Shown here one piece after another: positions 37,470-47,743 of a DNA stretch of 49,710 nucleotides. The stretch spans positions 1 to 49,710 of the forward strand of contig CALXSB010000084.1 of the NCBI GenBank assembly GCA_944391005.1, written 5' to 3'. Under the pieces are notes generated by a model. It worked only from the letters and a program-made list of their open reading frames with translations, made no database searches and was not told the origin of the DNA. The position numbers were made by a program, and so were the translations under genes. How positions within the stretch are numbered: position 1 is the first letter of the stretch; every line of letters begins with the position of its first letter. The stretch is from an uncultured Rickettsiales bacterium (GTDB taxonomy: Bacteria > Pseudomonadota > Alphaproteobacteria > Rickettsiales > UBA1997).

Positions 37470-38003
37470 TTATTTTTTATTTCTTAGCAATACATACAAA
37501 GCTCCGCTTCCGCCATCTTTAACATGTGCATCAACATATTTAATAATTTTATTTGCAAAACGTGGTTCCGCAAACCATTCAATTATGCTGGATTTTATGG
37601 TTTTATCTTTTGAATGCAAACCTTTTCCAGTTATAATTAATAGGCATTTAAAATTTTTATTCTCAGAAAGTTCAAATAAGAATTTCAATTTTTCATAAGC
37701 TTGATCCAATGTCATACCATGGAGATCAAGTCTATAATCTATTTTAAACTTTCCTTTGCTTAATTTTTTATCTGAATTTTTATCAATACCAAGAGAAATA
37801 CCTTTATCCAACAAAAAATAGTCTTTTTGATCAAAAGTTGCACTCAAATTAATTTCACTTGAGTGCTTTTTTATATTTTCTTTCACTGTCTTGATTAGCT
37901 TTTTGCCAGCCTCACTAATTTTTTCACTACTAGCTTTAGCAGTTCTTTTACAACTTTTTTTAAATTCCTCCCATTCTTTTAAATCATCATCAAAAATTGG
38001 CAT
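37470..38003 (-). CDS. Smr (small MutS-related) domain protein
   Basis: C-terminal Smr domain: LDLHGMTLDQAYEKL, LLIITGKGLHS, GGSGALYVLLR. Confidence 0.8.
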   Translation of the reverse strand: MPIFDDDLKEWEEFKKSCKRTAKASSEKISEAGKKLIKTVKENIKKHSSEINLSATFDQKDYFLLDKGISLGIDKNSDKKLSKGKFKIDYRLDLHGMTLDQAYEKLKFLFELSENKNFKCLLIITGKGLHSKDKTIKSSIIEWFAEPRFANKIIKYVDAHVKDGGSGALYVLLRNKK

Positions 38004-38007
38004 AGTA

Positions 38008-38553
38008 TTATTTTTTAGAATATTCCTTAGCTAATCTAATATAATTTAACGCACCTTCTTTTATATATTCATAATCAACATCTCTTAGATTTCTCATAAA
38101 TTTCGCAGGATTCCCAAACCATAATTCACCACTTCTGATTATAGTTCTTGGAGTTACATTTGATGCAGCACCAACAAAAGCATCGTCTTCTATTATGCAA
38201 TCGTCTCCAATAACAGATCCCATGCCTATCAAACAGTTGTTTCCTATACGACAGGCATGTATAATACAGGCGTGCCCAATAGTCGTATTATTTCCTATAA
38301 TAGTATGACCCTTAGGATTTTTAGTATAATCCCAATCCTCGCAGGCAGAAGTATGAACAACTGTATTTTCCTGAATATTTGAGTTATCACCAATTATTAT
38401 TGAAGCCAAGTCAGCCCTCAAACTAACATTAGACCATATACTAACGTCCTTACCAAGTCTAACATCTCCAGCTATAAAAGCATAATCGGATATATATGAA
38501 GCCTGTTCAATTTTAGGCATTTTATCATTAACTTTTTTTACAACAAAAGGCAT
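38008..38553 (-). CDS. Gamma-class carbonic anhydrase-like / hexapeptide-repeat protein (YrdA/PaaY/CaiE family)
   Basis: AFIAGDVRLGKDVSIWSNVSLRAD, the Zn-ligand-type motif HTIIGNNTTIGHACIIHAC, left-handed beta-helix repeats. The start is ambiguous (38565, 38553 or 38520). Confidence 0.85.
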   Translation of the reverse strand: MPFVVKKVNDKMPKIEQASYISDYAFIAGDVRLGKDVSIWSNVSLRADLASIIIGDNSNIQENTVVHTSACEDWDYTKNPKGHTIIGNNTTIGHACIIHACRIGNNCLIGMGSVIGDDCIIEDDAFVGAASNVTPRTIIRSGELWFGNPAKFMRNLRDVDYEYIKEGALNYIRLAKEYSKK

Positions 38554-38679
38554 AATAACACACATTTTTTATCAACACATAAATCAACAAATAAAATATT
38601 GTCAAATAAAAGTCAATTTTATATTGAAAATTAATTAAGACATTATAACCTATAATCATTAACAACAAAATTTTAAAAT

Positions 38680-39468
38680 ATGACTAGCATAATATCCGGC
38701 AACTGGAAAATGAATGGTTCAAAAGCCATGATAGATCAATGGTTTGAGGATTTTACAAACAGTGCCATTTCATTTGAAAAAAACAATCAAATAGATAAAG
38801 ACAAACTCCCACTTATTCTAATTTGCCTTCCAGACGTTTACCTAGAATACGCCATAAATAAATCAGAAGAATACAATAAAAAAATGAAACAATTTAAAGT
38901 TTTCATTGGTGCTGAAGACGCTTATTATGAAGAAAAAGGTGCTTTTACCGGCAACACAAGCCCAGCTTTTTTAAAGGAAATTGGATGTAAATACACACTT
39001 GTTGGACACTCAGAAAGAAGACAATATCAACACGAAACAGATTCTTTAGTAGCTAAAAAAGCCTCAAAATGCTTCGGATATGACATAACACCAATAATTT
39101 GTGTTGGAGAAGATTTAGCCACAAGAGAAGCCAAAAGACACCTAGAATTTGTTGGTGAACAAGTAATTAACTCAACCGAAGGTGTTGATTTAGAGAATTC
39201 AATCATAGCCTACGAACCTGTATGGGCCATCGGCACCGGCAAAGTTCCAACAGAAGCTGAAATTGATGAAATGGAAGGATATATAAAAGATATACTACAC
39301 AAGATGAGACATATAGAAACAAGCAAACTAAAAGTTGTTTACGGAGGTTCTGTAAAATCATCAAATGCAAAGGACATTTTACATTTGAAACACGTAAATG
39401 GTGTTCTTGTTGGCGGTGCCAGCATGAAAGGCCAAGAATTTTTTGATATAGTAAAAAGTTCTTTTTAA
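38680..39468 (+). CDS. tpiA: Triosephosphate isomerase
   Basis: GNWKMNG, VGHSERR, AYEPVWAIGTG, YGGSVK. Confidence 0.95.
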   Translation: MTSIISGNWKMNGSKAMIDQWFEDFTNSAISFEKNNQIDKDKLPLILICLPDVYLEYAINKSEEYNKKMKQFKVFIGAEDAYYEEKGAFTGNTSPAFLKEIGCKYTLVGHSERRQYQHETDSLVAKKASKCFGYDITPIICVGEDLATREAKRHLEFVGEQVINSTEGVDLENSIIAYEPVWAIGTGKVPTEAEIDEMEGYIKDILHKMRHIETSKLKVVYGGSVKSSNAKDILHLKHVNGVLVGGASMKGQEFFDIVKSSF

Positions 39469-39510
39469 TATATAAATAATTCTATATATTTTTATTTATC
39501 ATACATACTA

Positions 39511-39540
39511 AAAGATCCCATAATTCGGGATCTTTTATTT
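39511..39540 (+). terminator. Rho-independent terminator after tpiA
   Basis: AAAGATCCC-ataattc-GGGATCTTT followed by a T-rich tail. Confidence 0.7.
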
Positions 39541-39712
39541 ATCAAATTAAAATCACTAGCCAATATTGCAGATTATAAATAAATCAAAAGTTAAAAATCA
39601 AAAATAAAAAAGATAAATTATACCATATCATGCATATTATTAATGTCATTTAAAATCAATAATTACAATAAATGCAAAATTAATTCATTATGTCATTTTT
39701 AAGTAAAACTTA

Positions 39713-39741
39713 TTGACAATTTTGTTTGTATATAATAAAAT
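39713..39741 (+). promoter_or_regulatory. Candidate sigma70-type promoter of the giant gene
   Basis: TTGACA (39713-39718), 17 nt spacer, TAAAAT (39736-39741). It lies inside the track ORF N-terminal extension, which argues for the ATG at 39771. Confidence 0.4.
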
Positions 39742-39770
39742 TATGGCATATAAATAATATTTTTTGCACT

Positions 39771-42700
39771 ATGACTGATAATGAAAATCTTATGGGTGAT
39801 CCTAATACTCAAAATGAACAAATACAAACAAAACAAACTTTTTTTTCAAGAATTAAGTCTTTTTTTATTAAATTAAAAGGATTTGAAAAATTAGATAATG
39901 ATATTATTACTATTAATCAAAATCATGAAAAACAAAAAAACAAAATAAACAAAAAACCAAATAGAAAGCAACTTATTAATCAAAAGAACACTCAAAGTAT
40001 AAGTCATAAAGCAGAACAAGATGACAAACAACAAGATACTCAGCAAACAGTTGCAAAAAACGTTGTAGAAGATGGTAATTTAGACAGCGAATATACTGGA
40101 TCTATTAATACGAATAAAAATATTAAATCAAATATAAAAACAAAAAATGGCTATTTTGAACTTAAAGAGGATATAGAAAAAAAAGAAGATATAAACAATT
40201 CTGAACAAGATAATTTGATTGAAAAAGGATATAATAGTGAATTAAATGTAAATGATTTAAATGCACAATATTTAAATGGAGAGTATTTGGATGTAAATAA
40301 ATATAAAGAATACAAAGAACAACAGGAAAAACAAAAACAACAGGAAGAGCAAAGACAGAAAAATCAGAAAGAAAATAAAACAACAGTTAATAAGAAAATT
40401 GATGATAATAAAAAATTAGAAGAGAATAAACAAAAAGAACAGCAACAGTCTACTGGTAATAAAGAAGATATAGTTCAAAACCCAGCAACACAAGCCCAGC
40501 CTCAAGGTAATAATGAACAACAAGAATTTGAACCATCTGTTAAAATTCCAAAGGAGCTTGAAAATAATGAAGAGTGGGAAGATCGTAGGTGGAAAACAGT
40601 AAATTTTACAATTAGGCCTAAGAACCAGGCTATAAAATTTAATGGTCAAACAGAATCAATGCAAGTTGATGTTAGCAAAATTGACAAAAATCAATTAGGT
40701 AAACCAAACCCACAACAAATTAATCAAAATAATAAAGAACAAAATACTCTACAAGAAGAAAATGAATCGGTAATTGAGCAGCAAACTGATAATGAATGGT
40801 GGAATGAACTAACTGCTGACCTTCCCGATTATCCCAAAAAAGATATTTTACAAGAAGAGCAAAAAGAGCAAAAAGATAAAGCTAGTCAAAAACAACTTAC
40901 TTCTGCTGAGATTTTAGCAAATGCAAAAGAAAACGTTATTAAAATTAATAAAGATAGCTTAAAACCGGAAAACTATTATAGTATTGTTGAAAAAGTGTTA
41001 AAGAATAATGGTAAAAAAGTTAATAATAAAACCGTTAAATCTATAGCAGAAAGTGTGATAAATTCGTTATTAAAATCTGATAGTTTGTTAAAAAATTCAG
41101 AAATATTGCAAACTACTAAAGATCCTCTTGAGTTTGCTAAAGCTTTAACTAATTTAAATGGAAAAATATATGACAAATCAATTGGCAATACTAATGATTT
41201 TTCTTTAAAAGGTTTTGATGCTGAAGTAAAGCAGGATGTTTTAAAAGAAATAGTTCTTGAACAATCTAAAAATGCTGAAAATTTTTTGAAAGAATTTAAA
41301 AAAACTGATGATTATGAAAATTTAAAAGATGACGATAAAATAGAAATTGATTCGGCTATAAAGGTTAATTCAACGATTGAATCTCAATTTAGTAGCATTA
41401 AAATTTTTTTAAAGAATCAAGTTAATAGTTTTTTTGAACAATTACCAGAAAAATATGGAGACTTTAAAGATAAAATTTTAAAACAACTCGGAGATGAAAA
41501 CGGTTTATCTATTGAAAATGTCAAAAATGAGATAAAAGAATTTCTTAAAAATAAAGAATTAATTGAATTTATTAAAAATAATAATGATAATCAAAAATTT
41601 AAAATAGCTCTTCAAAGTCTTAACGCAGCTCTTTCTACAAAAAATGAATATAAAGAATTTTCAATTATTAAAAATTCAGATAAAAGTGAAGCTAAAAAAA
41701 GTTATTTAACTAATAAAGGAGAGTTAATAACAAAAGATATTCTGGATAAAATAATAGATAACTATAGAAATTTCTTAAATTCTGGAAATGACGATGTTGA
41801 CAATTTCTTAAATTCTGAAGATGACAATCTTGACAAAATAATTGAGATAAAAAGACTTGAAGAAATAATTAATGGTAAAGATTTATCGGAGACTTTTTTG
41901 AATGATAATAACGTTAATGTTTTAATAGGTTTCTATAATGACAGCCTAAAAATTTATAGACAGTTATGGAATAATACAATAACTGATGAAGAGATATTAA
42001 ACAAAACAGAAGAAAAGCTGGAACAAACTAATGAAAAAATAAGAGATATAATTACAAAAAAAGAGAAAGATGAAAAAGATATTTTAGAAAAAACAGATAA
42101 ATCTATAGAATTATTTAAAAAAAATACTCCACAAGGTAATGAACAAAATAATGTAAATATTTTAATAAATCTCTATAATAATAGTCTAGAATACTATAAA
42201 AAGTTGCGTAATGATAAAATAAGCGATAAAGAAAAAGAAGATATTAAAGGAAAATTAAAAACAAAAAATAATGAAATATTAAATAAAATTGAAGAAATAA
42301 ATAAAACTGGAGATAATGAAGCAAAAAATATTGCAAAAAATATTCAAGAAGCTATAAATATTAAGGAAATAATGATAGGGGTATATGAGGTTAAAACTGA
42401 ATATAACAATAATAGACATAAAGCACCGAAAGATATATTGAATAGAATTGTTGAAAAAGCTCCTAAAGAATATAAAAATTATATTCAACAAAAATTATAT
42501 AAAGATTATAAAGAACTTAAACCAGAAGAGTCAGATAAAAGAAATGCAATGACAATTTTTATGTCATCTTTTGATAATCCTATGGATATATTAGAAGAAG
42601 CTAAAAATATTAATATAAATTCTGAAGAATATAAAGATTTAATAGATAAATTTTCTAAAGTTGGTCAATATAATCCTATATCTAAGGAAAATCAGGAATT

Positions 42701-45700
42701 AATAGCAACTATAGCAAAGGACAAGGGTATTACTGCAAGTGTTGATAATGTTCAAAAAGAAATACAAAAATTTTTTAAAAATAATAATATTGAAAATTTC
42801 AATATACTAAATAAAAAAGATATTTCAGAATCTATAAAATCATATTTTACTTCCCTTGCTGAAGCGATGCCAGCAACCGACAATAGTAAATTAAGTGATG
42901 ATATTAAATTAGTTTTAAACGAATTTCTTATAAGAGGAAATTTTGAACTTCAGTGCGAAGCTAATAAGATTATATTTAAATATAAACAACAACAAGATGA
43001 ACTAAATAAACAAGCACATGATATCAAACAAGAAGCAAAATACAAAGAAAATTATAATAAAGTTCTAGAGGAATTAAAGCAGCGAAATAAACAAGCACAT
43101 GATATCGCTATGAGAATACAACTTGAAATTGGGAAAGAAAGTAATAAAATTTTTGCAAAGATACGTGATGGTTTAAATAGCAGTGATAAAGATACTCAAG
43201 ATAAAGCTAAAAAAGATTATGATATATTATATAAAAAAGATGCAGATATAAATCAGAAAATTGATAAAATAATAGAAGCATCCGGAATACAAGTTGATGA
43301 ACAATATAAAAATTCTGTAAAAAATGAATTAAAAAAATCTTTAGAGCAGAAAGGATTTACTGACGCAATAAGAGAAAATCTTGAAGAGTCAACAAAGATT
43401 ATTAATGAAAAAGAAAGAGATATAATAAATAAAGAATATCATGAATTACAACAAAAAATAGAAAAATTAGATACTACAGATAAATTATCTAAGGTAAAAG
43501 ACATTTTGAGTGGTGATACTTCCACTGAAAATATTGGAGAGGAATTATCAAAGTCATTATATTCTCCTGAAATTACTGAAAAAACATTATTAAAAGAGAA
43601 GGGTAAAAATATACAAAAAATATTAGATTATGATAGAAACGCATTAAATGATCTTTTAAATCTTGTAAAAGTACAATATGGAGATATTTCTTACAAAGAA
43701 AAGAAGCAAGCCGTTGAAATATATAATGATTTATTGTTAAAAATATTTGAACCAGACTCAAAAATATTCAGCAAAGTTCTTGATAAATTAAATAACAATG
43801 ATCCAAAAACTAGAGAACAAGGTTTTAAGGACTATGAAATCCTTTATAACGACAATAGTGCAGACGATAGTGCAGCTGAACAAAAAGTTGATAAAATAAT
43901 AGAGCTATCTGAAATAAAGATTGACAATGATAAATATTTAAAGTTAGTAAAAGAAGAACTTAAAGCTTCATTAAATGAGCGAAAGATTAATGATCAATTA
44001 AAAGCTAACCTTTATGAATCTACAAGTATTGTTAATAATAAGGAATTTTTGGTTAATAATTTCTTAACAAATAAATTAGGTTCTATAGAATACGATTTAA
44101 ATTATATGGATAAAAAATTAATTTCCATAGAAGAGCAGTTGGATTATAAAACTTTTTATGATATAAAACAAGAGCTAAAAAAATTATCCGATATGCTAAC
44201 TAATTATAATATTGAATTAGACCAAAAATTGGACTTAGACACAAAAGCTAAAATTTTATTTTATAATTTGAGTTCTAATAATAGTTATGAAATAAAGTAT
44301 AAACAAGAAATAATTAATAAAATTAAAGAAGAGTTGGCAAAAAATGCTAAAGAAAATACTATAAATAGTAGGATAGATGAAATTATAAAACATAAAAAGA
44401 AGATAAGTTCAAATATAGATAAATTAACAGAAAAAACAGAAAAAAAACAGAATAAAGATTCTAAAATTATGAATGCTGTATTTGAAAAAGAAGCAACATT
44501 AAGAAAAAGAATTAAAGAAGATGCTAAAAGATTAGAACAGCAAAAACATAAAAGAGTAGTTACATGGGATCAAATAGTTACTATGGATACAGAAGATGAA
44601 CAAAAGAATAAAAAACAAGTTAGCTGGGATCAAATAGTTACTATGGATACAGAAGATGAACTAAATAAACAAGCACATGATATCGCTATAAAAATACAAA
44701 ATGCAATTTTAGACACAAATAATGAAATTTTTACAAAGATACGTGATGGTTTAAATAGCAATGATAAAAATATTTTAAATAAAGCTAAAGAAAATTATAA
44801 TATACTATATAAAAAAGATGTAGATATAAAACAAAAAGCTGATAAAATAATAGAATTATCCGGAATACAAGTTGATGAACAATATAAAGATTCTGTAAAA
44901 AATGAATTAGAGAAATCTTTAGGACAGGATGAATTTATTAATACAATAATAAAAAATCTTGAAGAGTCAACAAAGATTATTAATGAACAGGAAGAGAATG
45001 CTAAAAAGAAATTGAATGATCTTAATAAAAAAATTAATGATACAGTAGACGGATTCAAACTTGAAGAGAGACTGAAAAATATTAATGATAATAGACGATT
45101 GAATAAAATAATCAATATCTTATCTGATGATGAAATAGATTTAGGTAGAAAAGCTACAAGAATATTTAATACTTTACCTACATCTACAGAATTTGAAGAA
45201 AAGTATAGAGAAAAAATAATTAATAAGATTAAAAATGAATTAGAAACAAAACAAAATGATATACAAAAAGAAGTAGAAAAAGTTTTGGAGAAATTAAAAC
45301 AGAAAGTTGTAGCTTCTGGTGTTAATATTGCTGTCAATACCGAACAAACTGGTGAAGAAAGAGGAAATGTAGAACAAAAAACTGCTACTGAAGAAAACAA
45401 GGAAGGTCAAACTAGAGATACTGATAAAAATAAAGATATGAATGTTAGTAAACAAGAAATTTCAAGCAATACTCGGGAAGATAATAAATTTTCTCTTTAT
45501 AAGAGTGATGATGGCAAATTTTCATTATATATGGATGATGAAAGTATTGATAATAGTAAAAAGGAAGAGTTTTATAATTTTATAAAGACACTTGTAGATA
45601 GTAGTATTGAATCTTCTAAGTCCTATAAAGAGTCTAATTTGTTTAGCAATATTCTGCCTAATACTGCTATTGAAAATAAGCAATCTACGTTTAATAATCA

Positions 45701-46196
45701 GAATGTTAAAAGTTTATCAAATATCAATCAAAATCAAACAATTGGTGATACTATAGCAAAAAAGGCTAAAGAGTATAATATAAAATCTGGTGCTTTTGCT
45801 ACTTTGAGTAAGAATAAAGATAATAAAGATGTTATATCTTTGTTTGAGTTTGGAAATGATGATGAAAATACTAAAACTTATTCTACAAAAGTTACTTTAA
45901 GTAATAATGAGGTATTGATAATTAGAGATGTTAATGATGTTGATGAACAATTTAAAGATCATAATACTAATGGCTTTGTGATATTTAAAGTTGATGAAGA
46001 AGGAAAGGAGATTCCTGTTAACTATAATGATACTATTGATGGCACTACAAAATATTCTGATGTTTTTGAGTTGCCTCAAAAGGTTAAAATAAATTATCAA
46101 GAATTGGAGAATAAACAAGAGAAACAACATTTGACGGAATTTGTTAAGCAACAACAAGTTCAAAATACTCCAGGGTATTCTGAGCATTCTTTATAA
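39771..46196 (+). CDS. Giant (about 2141 aa) K/E/N/D/I-rich repeat protein, predicted largely helical/coiled-coil, no signal peptide or TM. Candidate secreted effector or surface/structural protein
   Basis: A single uninterrupted ORF preceded by a candidate promoter and followed by a terminator hairpin. Internal protein repeats include three copies of a module of about 105 aa (...IRDGLNS.DK...KDY.ILYKKD.DI.QK.DKIIE.SGIQVDEQYK.SVKNEL...NLEESTKIINE) and a 20-aa tandem WDQIVTMDTEDE repeat. No recognisable enzymatic motif. Confidence 0.8.
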   Translation: MTDNENLMGDPNTQNEQIQTKQTFFSRIKSFFIKLKGFEKLDNDIITINQNHEKQKNKINKKPNRKQLINQKNTQSISHKAEQDDKQQDTQQTVAKNVVEDGNLDSEYTGSINTNKNIKSNIKTKNGYFELKEDIEKKEDINNSEQDNLIEKGYNSELNVNDLNAQYLNGEYLDVNKYKEYKEQQEKQKQQEEQRQKNQKENKTTVNKKIDDNKKLEENKQKEQQQSTGNKEDIVQNPATQAQPQGNNEQQEFEPSVKIPKELENNEEWEDRRWKTVNFTIRPKNQAIKFNGQTESMQVDVSKIDKNQLGKPNPQQINQNNKEQNTLQEENESVIEQQTDNEWWNELTADLPDYPKKDILQEEQKEQKDKASQKQLTSAEILANAKENVIKINKDSLKPENYYSIVEKVLKNNGKKVNNKTVKSIAESVINSLLKSDSLLKNSEILQTTKDPLEFAKALTNLNGKIYDKSIGNTNDFSLKGFDAEVKQDVLKEIVLEQSKNAENFLKEFKKTDDYENLKDDDKIEIDSAIKVNSTIESQFSSIKIFLKNQVNSFFEQLPEKYGDFKDKILKQLGDENGLSIENVKNEIKEFLKNKELIEFIKNNNDNQKFKIALQSLNAALSTKNEYKEFSIIKNSDKSEAKKSYLTNKGELITKDILDKIIDNYRNFLNSGNDDVDNFLNSEDDNLDKIIEIKRLEEIINGKDLSETFLNDNNVNVLIGFYNDSLKIYRQLWNNTITDEEILNKTEEKLEQTNEKIRDIITKKEKDEKDILEKTDKSIELFKKNTPQGNEQNNVNILINLYNNSLEYYKKLRNDKISDKEKEDIKGKLKTKNNEILNKIEEINKTGDNEAKNIAKNIQEAINIKEIMIGVYEVKTEYNNNRHKAPKDILNRIVEKAPKEYKNYIQQKLYKDYKELKPEESDKRNAMTIFMSSFDNPMDILEEAKNININSEEYKDLIDKFSKVGQYNPISKENQELIATIAKDKGITASVDNVQKEIQKFFKNNNIENFNILNKKDISESIKSYFTSLAEAMPATDNSKLSDDIKLVLNEFLIRGNFELQCEANKIIFKYKQQQDELNKQAHDIKQEAKYKENYNKVLEELKQRNKQAHDIAMRIQLEIGKESNKIFAKIRDGLNSSDKDTQDKAKKDYDILYKKDADINQKIDKIIEASGIQVDEQYKNSVKNELKKSLEQKGFTDAIRENLEESTKIINEKERDIINKEYHELQQKIEKLDTTDKLSKVKDILSGDTSTENIGEELSKSLYSPEITEKTLLKEKGKNIQKILDYDRNALNDLLNLVKVQYGDISYKEKKQAVEIYNDLLLKIFEPDSKIFSKVLDKLNNNDPKTREQGFKDYEILYNDNSADDSAAEQKVDKIIELSEIKIDNDKYLKLVKEELKASLNERKINDQLKANLYESTSIVNNKEFLVNNFLTNKLGSIEYDLNYMDKKLISIEEQLDYKTFYDIKQELKKLSDMLTNYNIELDQKLDLDTKAKILFYNLSSNNSYEIKYKQEIINKIKEELAKNAKENTINSRIDEIIKHKKKISSNIDKLTEKTEKKQNKDSKIMNAVFEKEATLRKRIKEDAKRLEQQKHKRVVTWDQIVTMDTEDEQKNKKQVSWDQIVTMDTEDELNKQAHDIAIKIQNAILDTNNEIFTKIRDGLNSNDKNILNKAKENYNILYKKDVDIKQKADKIIELSGIQVDEQYKDSVKNELEKSLGQDEFINTIIKNLEESTKIINEQEENAKKKLNDLNKKINDTVDGFKLEERLKNINDNRRLNKIINILSDDEIDLGRKATRIFNTLPTSTEFEEKYREKIINKIKNELETKQNDIQKEVEKVLEKLKQKVVASGVNIAVNTEQTGEERGNVEQKTATEENKEGQTRDTDKNKDMNVSKQEISSNTREDNKFSLYKSDDGKFSLYMDDESIDNSKKEEFYNFIKTLVDSSIESSKSYKESNLFSNILPNTAIENKQSTFNNQNVKSLSNINQNQTIGDTIAKKAKEYNIKSGAFATLSKNKDNKDVISLFEFGNDDENTKTYSTKVTLSNNEVLIIRDVNDVDEQFKDHNTNGFVIFKVDEEGKEIPVNYNDTIDGTTKYSDVFELPQKVKINYQELENKQEKQHLTEFVKQQQVQNTPGYSEHSL
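43086..43408 (+). repeat. Intragenic long repeat, copy 1 (about 323 nt)
   Basis: Begins AATAAACAAGCACATGATATCGCTA and ends ...GAAGAGTCAACAAAGATTATTAATGAA. It is highly similar to 44664-44987, with long identical runs such as ATCCGGAATACAAGTTGATGAACAATATAAA. Confidence 0.85.
44565..44661 (+). repeat. Intragenic tandem duplication, 60-nt period with a 37-nt exact core
   Basis: TGGGATCAAATAGTTACTATGGATACAGAAGATGAAC occurs at 44565-44601 and again at 44625-44661. Confidence 0.9.
44664..44987 (+). repeat. Intragenic long repeat, copy 2 (about 324 nt)
   Basis: Same boundaries and sequence family as 43086-43408. A shorter third copy of the leading GAACTAAATAAACAAGCACATGATATC lies at about 42999-43025. 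Confidence 0.85.
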
Positions 46197-46211
46197 TATT
46201 TATCTGCTATA

Positions 46212-46235
46212 AAACCCCTAGTAAACTAGGGGTTT
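46212..46235. terminator. Bidirectional terminator between the giant gene and murC
   Basis: AAACCCCTAG-taaa-CTAGGGGTTT, a 10 bp stem. On the minus strand it reads GGGGTTTTATAG, resembling the tail of the repeat elements at 29059 and 32182. Confidence 0.65.
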
Positions 46236-46306
46236 ATATATGGTAATTATAAATTAATTGGTTAATTGTATTATAGATATTAATTTATCTGAGAGACATT
46301 GTTTGA

Positions 46307-47716
46307 TTAAATGTTGTTGTGTAGGTAGTCTCTTAACATTCGTGTTATTTTGTATGAATTTCCGGCGCCCATTATTACTATTACAAATTTTTGATTTTTT
46401 TGATTTAAAATAATATTTTCTATTGTGTTTATTACGTCTTGGTGATTTTCTATGTAGGATATTTTTTCGGTGTTTAATAATTTTTTTACGTCTATGTCGT
46501 CCATGAAGCTTTCTCTTGATTTGTATATTTTTGTGATTATTGGGTAGTCTGCAAGTAAAAGGGCTTTTTTGTATTCTTCTACGTTTTCTTTTATTCTTGA
46601 AATTAGGTGCGGTTCTAATACGGCGATTAATTTTTCGTCGTTTTTCATGTTGTTTTTGATTGCTGTTAATGTGCAATTTATTTGAGTGTGGTGATGTGCG
46701 TAGTCGTCGTATAATTGTATTCTGCTGTTGGCGAAGACTAAGTCCATTCTTCTTTTGCTGCCGGAGAAATTTTTGATTACTTCTTTTATTGAAGATATTT
46801 TGGCACCAAGTTCTAATCCCATAATTGTTGCTATTGTTATATTTTTTGTGTTGTGATCTCCTAATATTTTGTATTCTATTTCGTGTTCGTTTATGATAAT
46901 TTTGTTTTTTTCTTTTTTGACTTTTATGAGGTTTATGTCTTCTGGAATTTTTTTAAGTTTTGTGTTGAATGTGTAGGCTATTAATTTTATGTTTTTGCTT
47001 TTGAAAAAATCTTGCATTGATAATATTATGTCTAGAACGTTGTTGTCGTCGTAATAAAATACAATTTTTCCGTTTTTTTGAACTGTTTTTAAAAAATTTT
47101 TGAAGTTTTCTTTGTATTCTTCAAAGTTTTTAAACCTTTCTGGATGTTCCATTTCTAGATTGTTTAATATTACATATTTTGGATTGTAGTTTAGAAAGTT
47201 TCCGTCATATTCGTCAGCTTCGCATATGTAATAATCTGAATTTCCAACTCTGTAGGATTGGTTCCATTCTTTTACTATTCCACCTACAAAAACTGTGGGG
47301 TCAAAGTTGTCTTTTTCTAGTATTAGGCTGATTAAGGTTGTGGTTGTTGTTTTTCCATGTGTTCCGGCTACGGCAATTACGTTTTGATTATTCATTATGT
47401 ATTCGCCGAGGAATTTTTGCCATTTTATTGTTTTTCTTGTTTTCATGGCAACGCTTGTTTCTTCTATTGTTTTGTATTTGTCGTTATATAATAGTGCGGG
47501 GCTTAATACTACAATGTCAACGTCTTTTATGTGCTCTACGTTGTGTCCTTTTGATATTTTAATGTTGTTTCTTGTTAATTGTTCTGTGTAGTCTCCAACT
47601 TCGTTTAAATCGCATCCGCTTACTTCAAAACCTTTGTTTTTTGCTATGCAGGCAACTGCAGAAATTCCGCTCCCATTAATTCCTATGAAGTGAACTTTAG
47701 TTTTTTTTTCTATCAT
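46307..47716 (-). CDS. murC: UDP-N-acetylmuramate--L-alanine ligase
   Basis: VHFIGINGSGISAVA, AVAGTHGKTTTT, ICEADEYDGNFLNYNPKYVILNNLEMEH, DDYAHHHTQI. Located outside any dcw cluster. Confidence 0.8.
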   Translation of the reverse strand: MIEKKTKVHFIGINGSGISAVACIAKNKGFEVSGCDLNEVGDYTEQLTRNNIKISKGHNVEHIKDVDIVVLSPALLYNDKYKTIEETSVAMKTRKTIKWQKFLGEYIMNNQNVIAVAGTHGKTTTTTLISLILEKDNFDPTVFVGGIVKEWNQSYRVGNSDYYICEADEYDGNFLNYNPKYVILNNLEMEHPERFKNFEEYKENFKNFLKTVQKNGKIVFYYDDNNVLDIILSMQDFFKSKNIKLIAYTFNTKLKKIPEDINLIKVKKEKNKIIINEHEIEYKILGDHNTKNITIATIMGLELGAKISSIKEVIKNFSGSKRRMDLVFANSRIQLYDDYAHHHTQINCTLTAIKNNMKNDEKLIAVLEPHLISRIKENVEEYKKALLLADYPIITKIYKSRESFMDDIDVKKLLNTEKISYIENHQDVINTIENIILNQKNQKFVIVIMGAGNSYKITRMLRDYLHNNI

Positions 47717-47743
47717 TTTTATCTCCCAATTTAATATACTTTT

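Noticed and set aside
44795-45400. A 201-aa minus-strand ORF inside the giant gene. Similar antisense ORFs occur at 40162-40649, 40976-41188, 42279-42491, 43573-43761 and 45897-46187.
   Set aside because: These F/S/L/I-rich translations are the expected antisense shadow of K/E/N-rich coding sequence. They lack start context and lie fully inside a much longer ORF.
46254-46676. A 140-aa K/R-rich minus-strand ORF overlapping the 3' part of murC in another frame.
   Set aside because: It is low-complexity frame-shifted read-through of murC sequence, whereas the murC frame carries clear Mur ligase motifs.
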